This document shows, in pieces, positions 22,501 through 30,284 of a stretch of DNA of 64,000 nt (within the stretch, counting starts at the first letter, position 1; every line of letters begins with the position of its first letter). A model generated the notes under the pieces. That model had not been told where the DNA came from. It saw only the letters and a program-made list of their open reading frames with translations, and searched no databases. Origin of the DNA: a virus; the IMG/VR virus record IMGVR_UViG_3300025120_000019. One strand, given 5' to 3'. A program made the translations under genes and the position numbers.

Positions 22501-25348
22501 AACAATTATAGATCCTACATACGGTGGAACAGGTGTTAACAACGGTTCAAAAACTATTACATTAGGCGGATCGTTTACACACACCGGTGCTCACACATTA
22601 GGAATTACTACAACAGGAAACACAAGTGTAACATTACCAACAAGCGGTACTATTGCAAGAGTAGATGACGGACTAAATCAATTCGCGGCAACTACTTCGG
22701 CACAATTAGCTGGTGTATTAAGTGACGAAACTGGCACTGGAGTTGCTGTTTTTGGTACAAGCCCAGAAATTACAACAAGTATTACAACAGGTAGTACAAC
22801 ATTTGGCTTAATAGATGCTACTGCTACAACTGTTAACTTTGCTAGAGCGGCCACAGCTTTAAAAATGGGTGCCGCTACTGGTACAACTACTATACAAAAC
22901 AACTTAAACGTTGACGGTGACATCGAAATTGATGGAGGAGATTTAACATTTAGCGATGCAAGTATTAACATTGCTAACACTACTCCAACCACTGTAAATT
23001 TTGCAGATGCGGCATCAACATTAAATATTGGTGCTACAACTGGTACAATGACATTGAAAAATACAAACATTGTTATTACTAACGACTTAGCAATTAATGG
23101 TACATCATTAGATACAGATGAAACTGCAACGTTTAACCTACTTAAAGATAATGTAACTACTATTGCATTTGGACAAGCGGCAACAGCTATTCAAATGGGT
23201 GCAACAACTGGCACAACAACAGTAAGAAACAATCTAACTACAGATGGTGACTTAACTATTTCTGCAGGTGGCGTGCTTATAGCAGATGCTATTAATAACA
23301 TTCCAATTGGAAATTTAACACCAAGCTCAGCCGCATTTACAACCCTTACAGCAAATAATTTTGTTACGTTCACAGATGCTACAAATGCAACAGGTGATTT
23401 TGCAAGTGGTAGTGCATCAGTTAAAATGACAGGCGGATTACACGTAGCAAAAGATATAAAAGCTGATAACTTCATAGGTGATGCTAGTGCAAGTGACCTT
23501 ACAAGTGGTACTATTCCAGACGCAAGAGTACCTTCAAGTGCAATTACACAACACCAAACAGATATTACTGCAACTGGTATATTAAATGGTGGTAGTATTA
23601 CATCAGGATTTGGTAGCATTAATATTGGTACTAGTACATTTTCTGGAAATGGAGGTGGCTTAACTGATCTAGTTGCTACACAATTATCAAGTGGTACAAT
23701 TCCAGATGCACGTATCCAATCAAGCGGTGTTACACAACACCAAGCTGATCTTACAGCAACCGGACAACTTAATGCAGGAAGTATATCAACAGGATTTGGT
23801 AACATTGATATTGGAGCAAGTTCGTTTACTGGAACAGGTGCTTGTTCTTTTGGTGCAACAAGCTTTAATGATAATAATATTACAAATGTTGGTAGTATTG
23901 CTTTAGATAGTATTACTTCAGATAATGGAGCTAGTATTGATTTTAATTCAAATGCAGTGGTAACATTTGCTAACACAAGTTCATCAACAAGTACTACAAC
24001 AGGCGCTGTAAGAGTAAGCGGTGGTTTGGGTGTTGCTGGTGCATTATATGCCGCATCAATGTACACTGCTGATGGTAGTAACGTACAATCACTTAATGCA
24101 AGTTATCTTGCAAGCGGTACAGTACCAAACACAAGGATTGATGGAACATATAGTAACTTAACAGGTACTGGTGCATTAGACGCAGGTGAAATTACTGCTA
24201 ACTTTGGTAATGTTAATATCGGCACAAGCACATTCACTGGTAATGGTAGTGGGCTTACAAACGTAGATGCTACAACACTTGATAGTATAGATAGTGGTTC
24301 GTTTGTGCGTAGTGATGCTGATGACACTATTACTGGACTTTTAACAACAAGTAGAAGCGGCGAACAACTAAAACTTAGTGACACTAGTGCAACAGGTAAT
24401 CCTTATATTGGCTTTTATCAAGGTACTACAAGAAGAGCTTATATTCAATTTGTAGACTCTGGAGGAATACTACGTTTAGCAAGTGACGAAAACAATGACA
24501 GACTAGATATTGGCAACGGAACAACCGGATTACAACACTATGTTGATGGCACTGGTTACACTGTATGGACTTCAGCTAATGACGGTACTGGTAGTGGATT
24601 AGATGCTGATACACTTGACGGTGTAAACTCAGGAAGTTTTTTACGTAGCGATGCAAATGATAGTTTCACTGGTACACTAAGCGGTACAGGAAGCATAAAC
24701 ATAAGCGGAAATGTAAGTTGTACAAGTCTATCAGGAGATGGTAGCGGTATCACTGGTGTTACAGCAACAAATGCAGGCACACTTGACAACTTAGATAGTT
24801 CACAGTTCTTGCGTAGTGATTCAGCAGATCAAAAAACATCAGGTAGTTTAAGATTTAATGATAGTATTCAATTAAACTTTGGTACAGGAGACGATGCAGA
24901 AATTTATCATAATGGTTCGGATTTGTATTTTGATCTGAATTCAGACGATGATATATACTTTAGAGATGGTAATAGCAGTAACGCAACAAGATTTACTTTT
25001 GATATAAGCAGTGGTAACTTTACAGCATCAGGCGAAATTACAGCGTTCTCTGATGCTACTCTAAAAGACAATATCGAAATTATTGCAGATCCATTAACAA
25101 AGATACTAAGTGTAAGAGGTGTAACCTTTACTCGTACTGATCTTGCTGATACTGAAACAAGACACATGGGTGTAATTGCACAAGAAATAGAAGAGCATTT
25201 CCCAGAGGTTGTAACCACACATGAAGAATCAGGTATTAAAACTGTAAACTATGGTGCTATGGCAGGTGTGTTTATCGAAGCAATAAAAGCACAGCAAACT
25301 CAAATTGATGATCTTAAAAGAATGGTTAAAAAGTTAACCGATAAATAG
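13559..25348 (+). CDS. Giant tail-fibre protein (3929 aa) with C-terminal intramolecular chaperone (peptidase S74) domain
   Basis: N-term IKHKRS..P...LESGELAINTADGK fibre motif; beta-helix domain paralogous to the previous gene; DADTLDG..S..FLRSD repeats; C-term SDATLKDNI..GVIAQEIE..PEVV..VNY autochaperone. Confidence 0.85.
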   Translation: MATKIKHKRSAVAGKQPSVSQLESGELAINTADGKVYLLRDDNTVQDITKRVFEGNTELKVDDLGDSTSAAITARVNADDKMIITDNGININDDVQIENANTLTLKELTGSGADGVSLKAPDTLDAGYSLTLPPNSGTIGQLLKTDANGNLSFTDPDIFGGNVVYVSNEQGDDINDGQSAPVKTIKRACQIASGLVYNTDGTTNNKRVNVKVAVGDYTEQNPIIVPDNTVIKGDGLRGCILRPANANEDMLRVRNACYFGEVTFRDGVDENGVPLITFDYAVAFDDPFDVTVARVGYTNMPTSRPFITTSPYIQNCSILSFLGGNGAKIDGSKITSPNVGLVPSEQENPVVGSIPEQGKSMVANAFTILSFGGTAWRLTNDAYAQIVSCFEIFLLNGVYTQSGGYCSITNSATNFGLYALRSSGYSPKAFEFDRAFVSSTGAFEGLQTLSVVGINRASPVEEFVLRFRDPDYKTARDLLLLAKNTIATDTVSYINTQIAGASASIWAGYDYDPLQAKCERDTKLLVDAIRYDAAFNTNYRSIASVITYFNGRQTPAVFESQRLQEVDAFTQAKAFTTNITQDSTYDARVNALWDEVIDILEHSGTYTAGTGTSYNAASGSLILNVGAHDLTVGTQIEIAPNSLSFSCDYGQGAHTYVGGTVTDAITITSGSVKRDVTDATYNHATGVMELTIGSHSFTTSDTVTIETNSLTFTCAADSNATNHTYPRVGDPADGVAIAISAVSGTTITVNVGAVGSSSSTKTYPRAVNASNGDPDPAYKTPVTITAVNATTVTVNIGNAGSAASSAHTFESATANSITVAGTGTFSDPTGYNTSYLAGYGNARAQLIANRKFIVAEITAYVNNQIAAGTAPFSKTFTYSKEKCEEDIGHYLDAFLYDLTYGGNLQTIDAANQNFTNTTQAGGLANNRLSEYGEKAQTLAAYVRLKEVLGQIVQEQTVTKSGGGVHTYVGGTVTNAVTITAPNQSTVQRDVTNATYDPDTGLSVITIGSHSFTTSDKATIVTNSLSFTCDTDGNTVTKTYPRSTDPAAGTALSIASVTGNTITVNIGKSGNTVTQDVSGTAGGSDTAVFVQARMQEVIDFITADGATQPTKIDPGVSWVAQAYQDDLIRLNAEGQKNIAQNVSGYIETQTEAAKWYNFVYDSAKCLRDTKLIVEAVAKDTWDTGNRYSRSAGLSYYTKNLADSSQISISGQERQTIDAIKKARDLALTYITSVSAGTQNFVSSRFDIVTTIINDPGDLPDAQDVSSEGDTTNNFKTNATEKSFNAATDVNIGVDVITITGHGFANLQKVIYTANGNTPLGGLDEEQTYYINIINDDEFKLTFDESGDFPVDIRVLSTGSHKFLSGVIEFFVQEITSSHTTYQQLELESGSESFVFTPGKSIAGTTGSSNNSAIVSSWEPAERRLIVSVEQVAVGSSLLRIQFDATSVITADHAGTPNASIGVNAVQAKTGLGSATFSVKATDGSSSLTNLGNLPESQVWFHRPSIVNSSSHTWEYAGSGTDYNALPQNGGNTKAEFEQFEELPGRVYSSGTNELGDFKVGDFITAFNRTGNITFRNKVQVDELDALRLSVSDVIIEEISTSVNLGDDELGGATNTRLSTQLAVRSFISNRLGGFVDKTVSTAAVPGAIVQLNVNGQLNADLIPATRQFTNTNTFGYLSRLDQIDDIPAVDLKAGDIGTENYEQQELTLSGNISAADGATITQPTSFGATGYAKGLYGNSGNILVASITGEWIAGDDSTGSQWATGAGNNLFVDGVDSGVYPTALGVVSEIVDNFFIKTSNSSQFLVLDPTPNYTFTTNAIANAARTSNVSTITTSGAHNLQIGNTVNVTIADNSTFDENAVVISTPTATSFTYANVDPDNVGSFSVTSGTVGTVVKSADGDAQGKVTETRFGVATGVDNAAITGGSLYTPTTGSKIYKNIPMTAVTGSGTGARANITVTAGQITDVDLIRGGTGYASGDELGASPTDIGGTGSGFKIVCTAIEKRIYVDIIGGVLFVASTSSVDFVEDNTAIANKKTINLDDNISKNFLAGSSGGSGNVDYTNDRITITNHGFTTGDPVSYDTLTNVPIGGLTNTQVVYVKVIDANTIELYEGFSLLNKVEFLTTPANNNHNLTRKTVNITDNSIIVEGHGFTTGNALRLVTLSDGSSSNALFSVGGTAIASGSRFFVGSVTTNSFTLHTLRSDALSSINDLVTNAQDIDGIGVGSAEVIQQNVQVISQVNSSSKTVSNWNSLAVTNIDASNIISGIVSPSRLGGAGTPNSDTFLRGDSAYSVVVQKLKKASTTDNPITLTGSSISQEFYGTVNVGVNNIDLNPGGTFSTLGTSRFLQSQFDVASDASGQVFLKDGVIDAGTLDSLDSAYFLNPANLTSAVPVNRGGTNLTTYAVGDIIYASTTGTLNPLNIGRKDSVLKVSATGIPEWGTALDLAEGLDVGAAKLTSSSTGAGQVYNANVSSLEIGGAATNIAFGSTADTRNIFTLLASYEANASQSVVANLTSITQTTNGVAANGDKEIPLTSTTGILSGMLITGSASIPANTTVTGVTENFIYLSAETTGTVASALTLTFTYTPFTLGINVGDTINVASSTIANLDGSWPVTGATENATSFTFQTDANVTASNGDTPAGALTIDSNFVVKNTKFVLGNAEHATTPEPGRLLGTSGIGTDKSGGSISIEGGLGTGNGTGGDVIIKTGDVSTTGDIKHTSKQRMKIDTQGHVGIGEHEPDTTLHIKETAGTDTTFTMQRGANTDRNQIVFEQADGTAVGHIKHDAGGNDIVIGNYNGSAIIDRIKITGTNGNVEITSDLEVDGGDITTDQATFNLINTNATSVNAFGAATTIQMGTGGDGGGSTTIGHDLVVQGDLTVNGSQTTINSTTLTVDDKNIVIASGAADSSAANGAGITIDGASATLTWDHANTTWDSNQDFNLASGKEYFINDASVLNATTLGSAVVNSSLQTLGTITTGVWNGTIIDPTYGGTGVNNGSKTITLGGSFTHTGAHTLGITTTGNTSVTLPTSGTIARVDDGLNQFAATTSAQLAGVLSDETGTGVAVFGTSPEITTSITTGSTTFGLIDATATTVNFARAATALKMGAATGTTTIQNNLNVDGDIEIDGGDLTFSDASINIANTTPTTVNFADAASTLNIGATTGTMTLKNTNIVITNDLAINGTSLDTDETATFNLLKDNVTTIAFGQAATAIQMGATTGTTTVRNNLTTDGDLTISAGGVLIADAINNIPIGNLTPSSAAFTTLTANNFVTFTDATNATGDFASGSASVKMTGGLHVAKDIKADNFIGDASASDLTSGTIPDARVPSSAITQHQTDITATGILNGGSITSGFGSINIGTSTFSGNGGGLTDLVATQLSSGTIPDARIQSSGVTQHQADLTATGQLNAGSISTGFGNIDIGASSFTGTGACSFGATSFNDNNITNVGSIALDSITSDNGASIDFNSNAVVTFANTSSSTSTTTGAVRVSGGLGVAGALYAASMYTADGSNVQSLNASYLASGTVPNTRIDGTYSNLTGTGALDAGEITANFGNVNIGTSTFTGNGSGLTNVDATTLDSIDSGSFVRSDADDTITGLLTTSRSGEQLKLSDTSATGNPYIGFYQGTTRRAYIQFVDSGGILRLASDENNDRLDIGNGTTGLQHYVDGTGYTVWTSANDGTGSGLDADTLDGVNSGSFLRSDANDSFTGTLSGTGSINISGNVSCTSLSGDGSGITGVTATNAGTLDNLDSSQFLRSDSADQKTSGSLRFNDSIQLNFGTGDDAEIYHNGSDLYFDLNSDDDIYFRDGNSSNATRFTFDISSGNFTASGEITAFSDATLKDNIEIIADPLTKILSVRGVTFTRTDLADTETRHMGVIAQEIEEHFPEVVTTHEESGIKTVNYGAMAGVFIEAIKAQQTQIDDLKRMVKKLTDK
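14975..17330 (+). repeat. Three copies of the same helical repeat in fibre 2
   Basis: Cys codons at 15110 (KCERD), 16205 (KCEED), 17048 (KCLRD). Confidence 0.8.
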
Positions 25349-25359
25349 ACTATAAGGAC

Positions 25360-25388
25360 TTGACATACATAATTATAAGTGTTAAAAT
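25360..25388 (+). promoter_or_regulatory. Sigma70-type promoter
   Basis: TTGACA-N17-TAAAAT; a GATAAATA late motif lies just upstream (25340-25347). Confidence 0.6.
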
Positions 25389-25414
25389 AAAAAATATGAA
25401 TGTAGGAAAATAAT

Positions 25415-25585
25415 ATGGCTTTACCTAATACAGGAAGCACAATTACAATGAGTCAAATCTCTAACTATTTCAGTGGACCATCGTCCACAATTAGACTCAG
25501 TGCCGATTTAGGACCATATATAGGTATAGGTAACCAGGCTACTATATCAATGAGTAGTAGTTTTGGCGGATATTATTTTCCATAA
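25415..25585 (+). CDS. Small fibre-associated protein (56 aa; not in ORF track)
   Basis: MALPNTGSTITMSQISNYFSGPSSTIRLSADLGPYIGIGNQATISMSSSFGGYYFP*; SD AGGA; MALPxxGxIxMSxI N-termini commonly follow S74-type fibres. Confidence 0.7.
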   Translation: MALPNTGSTITMSQISNYFSGPSSTIRLSADLGPYIGIGNQATISMSSSFGGYYFP

Positions 25586-25601
25586 TTTAACAGGAGAACT
25601 T

Positions 25602-25976
25602 ATGATAACATTATACGAAATTATGAACGTACACCTAGCTGATGAATATACAAAAGCAAGGAAAAAACATCTAGTCACAACAATGGAGCTAGAAAAAGAT
25701 TTGTTTAATCAAGCTGTTGAAGCTATTGATGCTATGGATATTCCAGAAGATGATGAAAGACATCATTGGATACAAAAATTTGGTATCACAGCAGGTATCG
25801 ATTTGCTTACATTAGGCAAAGTACAGCCAGAAAATATGTTGGCTATGAGAGGATTAGGTGATGATTTTCAAGAAGCTGTAAAAGTTGCAACAAGCACAGC
25901 AAGGAAATTAAATCAAAATACCATCGATGCTGAAAAAGACCTAAACGAAGAACTTATACCAAATACTACAATTTAA
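25602..25976 (+). CDS. Hypothetical helical protein
   Basis: Start moved to ATG 25602 behind SD AGGAGA (track TTG start overlaps the small upstream gene). Confidence 0.65.
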   Translation: MITLYEIMNVHLADEYTKARKKHLVTTMELEKDLFNQAVEAIDAMDIPEDDERHHWIQKFGITAGIDLLTLGKVQPENMLAMRGLGDDFQEAVKVATSTARKLNQNTIDAEKDLNEELIPNTTI

Positions 25977-26560
25977 TGAAAATTAGTATATGTGTTCCTT
26001 GCAGAGATCAAGTACACACTCTGTTTACACAAAGTTTAGTTAATCTGACCAATAGACTTACCCGCAAGCAAATAGATTTCGAATTGCATCTGTTTGCCGG
26101 AAGTGTAATCTGTGAGTCACGCACAAGACTTGTTAACGAAGCTTTATCTGTAAATAGTGATAAAATATTATTTTTGGATAGTGATATACAATTTCCTTCA
26201 AATGTAGTAGACAAGCTAAATTCTCATAATAAAGATATTGTTGGAGCAACTTATAGCACAAGATATCCACCTTATCAAACTGTAGCATTTACTAATCCAG
26301 ATAATATAAAAGATAGATTAGGTGTTTCTAGTGGGCTACATAAAATTTGGGCTGTAGGAATGGGATGTATGTTGATTGATAAAAATGTATTTTATACATT
26401 GCCTAAACCTTGGTTTAATCACGAATATAATAAAATAGACGATACGTTTAGCGGAGAAGATATATACTTTTGCAATCAGGCAATGCATCACGGCGTAGAT
26501 GTATGGATAGATGCTGATATAAAATTAGCACATATAGGAACAAAGGCATACACATTATGA
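25976..26560 (+). CDS. Glycosyltransferase, GT-A/family 2-like
   Basis: KISICVP, ILFLDSD (DxD), GMGCMLI, GED..FC, LAHIG. Confidence 0.75.
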   Translation: MKISICVPCRDQVHTLFTQSLVNLTNRLTRKQIDFELHLFAGSVICESRTRLVNEALSVNSDKILFLDSDIQFPSNVVDKLNSHNKDIVGATYSTRYPPYQTVAFTNPDNIKDRLGVSSGLHKIWAVGMGCMLIDKNVFYTLPKPWFNHEYNKIDDTFSGEDIYFCNQAMHHGVDVWIDADIKLAHIGTKAYTL

Positions 26561-29500
26561 AAGCCATAGACAGATTTAACAAATTTTCTAAGCCTTTACA
26601 CAACGGACAAGATCAGTTAAAAAATCTTATATTTGATAGATATCCAGTATTAAGGATAGATGACTATTGTGATCTTGACAAAGTTTATCAACAAAATATA
26701 GATAGCGATTATGTGTGGGTAGTTGATAAAAACATTAAAGTATTTGATAGCTTTCCTTGGTGGTTCAAACCAAGGTCAAACGACATTATACAAATACACG
26801 AATTTCCTTATGTGTACAAAGAAAGTAGAAAAATAAAAAGTTGGGATAAAGTGCGTTTAGTACCAACTAAAAAAACACAGCATGAACCACGACAGCATAT
26901 TCACATCTGTGGAGAATATGATGTATATAAAGGCAATAGCAAATTTGATTGCTTTTACATAGGAGAAAATCAAGACGATATAAATTCTATACAGCAAAAA
27001 GTTCCGCATCTACAAACAGTTAAAACATGGCAAGAAGCACAACAACGTAGCTACACAGATATGTTTTGGGTAATATGGGAAGATGTTGATGTTAGAAATA
27101 CATTTAAATTTAGTTTTAAGCCAGACGAATGGAGTCATGATTTTGTCCATGTGTTTGGCAATGGCGATATTGATCAACTAGACGGAGTAGCATTATTTCC
27201 AAAAAATTATAATATAACAGAAAAAGAATTAGAACATAGATTTTATGTGAATAAAAAAGAAGTTCGTATTATGGCAAGTACTCCAAAAAAATACGAAAGG
27301 TTTATCATTGATAATTATGAAGACTACGAAAATGCATCACGTAAATCAACTAATGATATGTTCTGGGGAGTTCCGTCTGATGTAGAAATTATTGAAGAAT
27401 TTGATTTTGATTATTATATTAGTCACCACGATAAATCTTTAAGAAAACAAAATCATGTATTTTTAAATAAAAACAAATACAACGGAGTTGTTTTGTTTAG
27501 CAAACATTCTATTGTTACAAAAAAAGAAATTGCATATAGATTTGTTGTTAATCCTATAGAAACTAATATCGTAGCTTCTAAACCTCACCCTATTAAAGTG
27601 TTTAGAATGAACAATTATGCAGACTACGAAAAGGCATTAGAAAATAGTAAAACTCATGTTTTTCTCGGTGTTCCAGATGATGTGATATTGGATAAAAATT
27701 TTAATATAGACGAATGGATAGCAGAACAAAAAACCTTAGATACAGGAACTACACATTTATTTTTAAATGATAAACATTATGATGGTGTTGCTCTTTTTAG
27801 TAAAAGTTTTAAGGTTACAAAAAAAGAAATAAATCATAGATTTCTTGTAAGTAATAAAGAACATAATATAATAGCAAGCATTCCTCGCCCTTATGAAAAG
27901 TTTACAATTAATAATTATGAAGATTATTTACAAGCACTACAAGATTCTAAAACAGAAATGTTTTGGCTTATTCCTAGCGATGTAGATGTAAAAGACGATT
28001 TCAATTTTAATTTGTACTTTAGTCATCACAATAAATTTGATAAAGAAATAAATCATGTATTTTTAAATGATAAGAACTATGATGGAATAGCTTTAATGAG
28101 CAAAGAATGTATAGCAACTGAAAAAGAAATTAATCATAGATTTTTTATTAATAAAAAAGAACATGAAGTAGTTGCAAGTACTCCTAAACCATTTGATAAA
28201 TTTATTATAAAAGATTATGACGATTACTTAAAAGCAAAAGAAACATCAAAAACAGGAATGTTTTGGATTATATATCATGATATTAATGTTGTGGAAGATT
28301 TTAATTTTAATATGTACATATCGCATCATAATCAATATGAAAGAAAAATTAATCATGTGTGGAAGAATGGTGAATACTACGATGGAGTTGCACTAGTAAC
28401 AAAAAATATAGTTCTTACAAAACACGAAATAGATTATAGATTTTTAGCAATTAAAAAAGAATATACCGAGGTTGGAAGTTATCCTAGTACATTTGATATT
28501 GTCTTTATTAGTAACGGTGAAAATAATGCTGATAAAAATTATGAAAGATTGACTTCATCATACCCTAATGCTAAAAGAGTTGATAAAGTTAAAGGAATAC
28601 ACCAAGCACATATCGAAGCCGCAAAGCTTGTAGATACTGAAATGTTTTGGGTAGTTGACGGTGATGCCGAATTACTAATGGACTTTGAGTTAGATTATCA
28701 AATTGCATATTACGACATAGATGGGAAACGTACTGTATATGTATGGAGGAGTATGAATCCTGTTAACGGATTAGTTTATGGATATGGCGGCGTAAAACTT
28801 TTACCAACAAACCTTACTTTGAATATGGATGTTAATACTGCTGATATGACCACAAGTATAAGTAAAAACTTTAAAGGTATTCCTCGCATGAGTAATATTA
28901 CAGCATTCAATACTGATAGCTTTAGTGCTTGGAGAAGTGGATTTAGAGAATGTGTAAAACTTTCTAGTAGGACAATTAATAGACAAAAGGATGACGAAAC
29001 AACATTTAGATTAAAGTCTTGGTGTTCAAGAGGACAAGAAAAGGAGTTTGGTGCTGAAACAATAACAGGTGCATATGAAGGAGCAAAGTATGGAATTAAA
29101 TGGAAAAATAATCCAGATGCTTTGAAAAAAATAAATGATTTTGAATGGTTGAAGAAAAGATTTAAGGATACTTATCCACCAAAATCTTTTGATTTTGATT
29201 TGGACTTTTTAGATTATTCTGAGGAAGAAAGTCTTAAAGCGTTTAATCCTATTGTAAGCACAATGTTTAAAGAAATTGAAAATAAGCTAGGAAAGAATTA
29301 TAAATTTCAGCATGGTAGTGTAAAGTTATCAGTCACTAATGTTGGAGATTTATTTTGGGATAAAAAAGGTGTAAGAGTAAGTAGCGAATATGCAGATACA
29401 GAGATAACAACAGATCTTAAAACAGGCTTAAAACTTCTAAAAATGGAAGATGATTCTGTAGAAATGTACAAGCGTGGTGATTTTTTATTAGAAGGTGATG

Positions 29501-29856
29501 CAGACTTAGCAATGCTATTTTTTGATGATTTAAAACAGCAGGTTTTACATAAAGAAGAGACCAAAATAGCATTACATAGAATAGCTCTATCAAGTATTGT
29601 TGATAATGAATTATTAGATATGCAAATAAACATTAATAAAGTTGGATCAATTAGCATAGATAATAATGGTATTATAGAGAAAGATAACAAAAAAGAAACA
29701 TATATTGAACTTGATCAAGAGATATTTGAACAAATATTAGAAAATGAATTATCTGTTGTTGATGCATTACAGGAAAAAAGTATAACTTATAAAGGTGATA
29801 TTTTACAAGTTATTAAGTTAAGTCAACAGCTTGATCGTCAAGAAACACATGAATGA
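26557..29856 (+). CDS. Multi-repeat glycosyltransferase-like protein with two C-terminal SCP2-like domains
   Basis: ~6 repeats MFWxxxxDV..HVF..N..DGVAL; DIVFIS..GIHQAH..FWVVDGD GT-A-like domain; C-terminal SCP2-like motifs. Confidence 0.6.
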   Translation: MKAIDRFNKFSKPLHNGQDQLKNLIFDRYPVLRIDDYCDLDKVYQQNIDSDYVWVVDKNIKVFDSFPWWFKPRSNDIIQIHEFPYVYKESRKIKSWDKVRLVPTKKTQHEPRQHIHICGEYDVYKGNSKFDCFYIGENQDDINSIQQKVPHLQTVKTWQEAQQRSYTDMFWVIWEDVDVRNTFKFSFKPDEWSHDFVHVFGNGDIDQLDGVALFPKNYNITEKELEHRFYVNKKEVRIMASTPKKYERFIIDNYEDYENASRKSTNDMFWGVPSDVEIIEEFDFDYYISHHDKSLRKQNHVFLNKNKYNGVVLFSKHSIVTKKEIAYRFVVNPIETNIVASKPHPIKVFRMNNYADYEKALENSKTHVFLGVPDDVILDKNFNIDEWIAEQKTLDTGTTHLFLNDKHYDGVALFSKSFKVTKKEINHRFLVSNKEHNIIASIPRPYEKFTINNYEDYLQALQDSKTEMFWLIPSDVDVKDDFNFNLYFSHHNKFDKEINHVFLNDKNYDGIALMSKECIATEKEINHRFFINKKEHEVVASTPKPFDKFIIKDYDDYLKAKETSKTGMFWIIYHDINVVEDFNFNMYISHHNQYERKINHVWKNGEYYDGVALVTKNIVLTKHEIDYRFLAIKKEYTEVGSYPSTFDIVFISNGENNADKNYERLTSSYPNAKRVDKVKGIHQAHIEAAKLVDTEMFWVVDGDAELLMDFELDYQIAYYDIDGKRTVYVWRSMNPVNGLVYGYGGVKLLPTNLTLNMDVNTADMTTSISKNFKGIPRMSNITAFNTDSFSAWRSGFRECVKLSSRTINRQKDDETTFRLKSWCSRGQEKEFGAETITGAYEGAKYGIKWKNNPDALKKINDFEWLKKRFKDTYPPKSFDFDLDFLDYSEEESLKAFNPIVSTMFKEIENKLGKNYKFQHGSVKLSVTNVGDLFWDKKGVRVSSEYADTEITTDLKTGLKLLKMEDDSVEMYKRGDFLLEGDADLAMLFFDDLKQQVLHKEETKIALHRIALSSIVDNELLDMQININKVGSISIDNNGIIEKDNKKETYIELDQEIFEQILENELSVVDALQEKSITYKGDILQVIKLSQQLDRQETHE

Positions 29857-30271
29857 GTTTTATTACTGTTTCTAATTTATTATAATTTCTTTTATTTCTT
29901 AATGTATTTTGGACACCTTGATGTAGTGGTTTAGGCCATTGGTTTAATGTTACCCAGCAATACCCATCATGCTCGTCGTTTAACTTTGGTAAAAATTCAT
30001 TTTGAACAATACAAAGATAGGTATGGAAATTAAAATGTTGATCACTACTTATAAAAGTTTCTAAAGGAAAAACTTTTTTTATTTTGTTTACTGTGCCTAT
30101 TTCTTCATTTATTTCTCTACTTAAAGATTCCCACGGAGATTCTTGATCCTCAGCTGTTCCGCCAACAAGCCCCCACTTGCCTTTGGTTTTTCCTTTTGTT
30201 CTATGTAGAAGTAAAAATCTTTCAGTATCTTGTGCATAAAATAATGCACCACTACAAACTATTTTGTCCAT
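29813..30271 (-). CDS. NUDIX hydrolase
   Basis: Nudix box GGTAEDQESPWESLSREINEEIG. Confidence 0.85.
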   Translation of the reverse strand: MDKIVCSGALFYAQDTERFLLLHRTKGKTKGKWGLVGGTAEDQESPWESLSREINEEIGTVNKIKKVFPLETFISSDQHFNFHTYLCIVQNEFLPKLNDEHDGYCWVTLNQWPKPLHQGVQNTLRNKRNYNKLETVIKLIHVFLDDQAVDLT

Positions 30272-30284
30272 ACAAATAGTTATT

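Noticed and set aside
2942-25218. Many minus-strand and off-frame ORFs inside the fibre genes (up to 291 aa)
   Set aside because: Shadow ORFs caused by Thr/Gly/Ala codon bias; no SD or motifs
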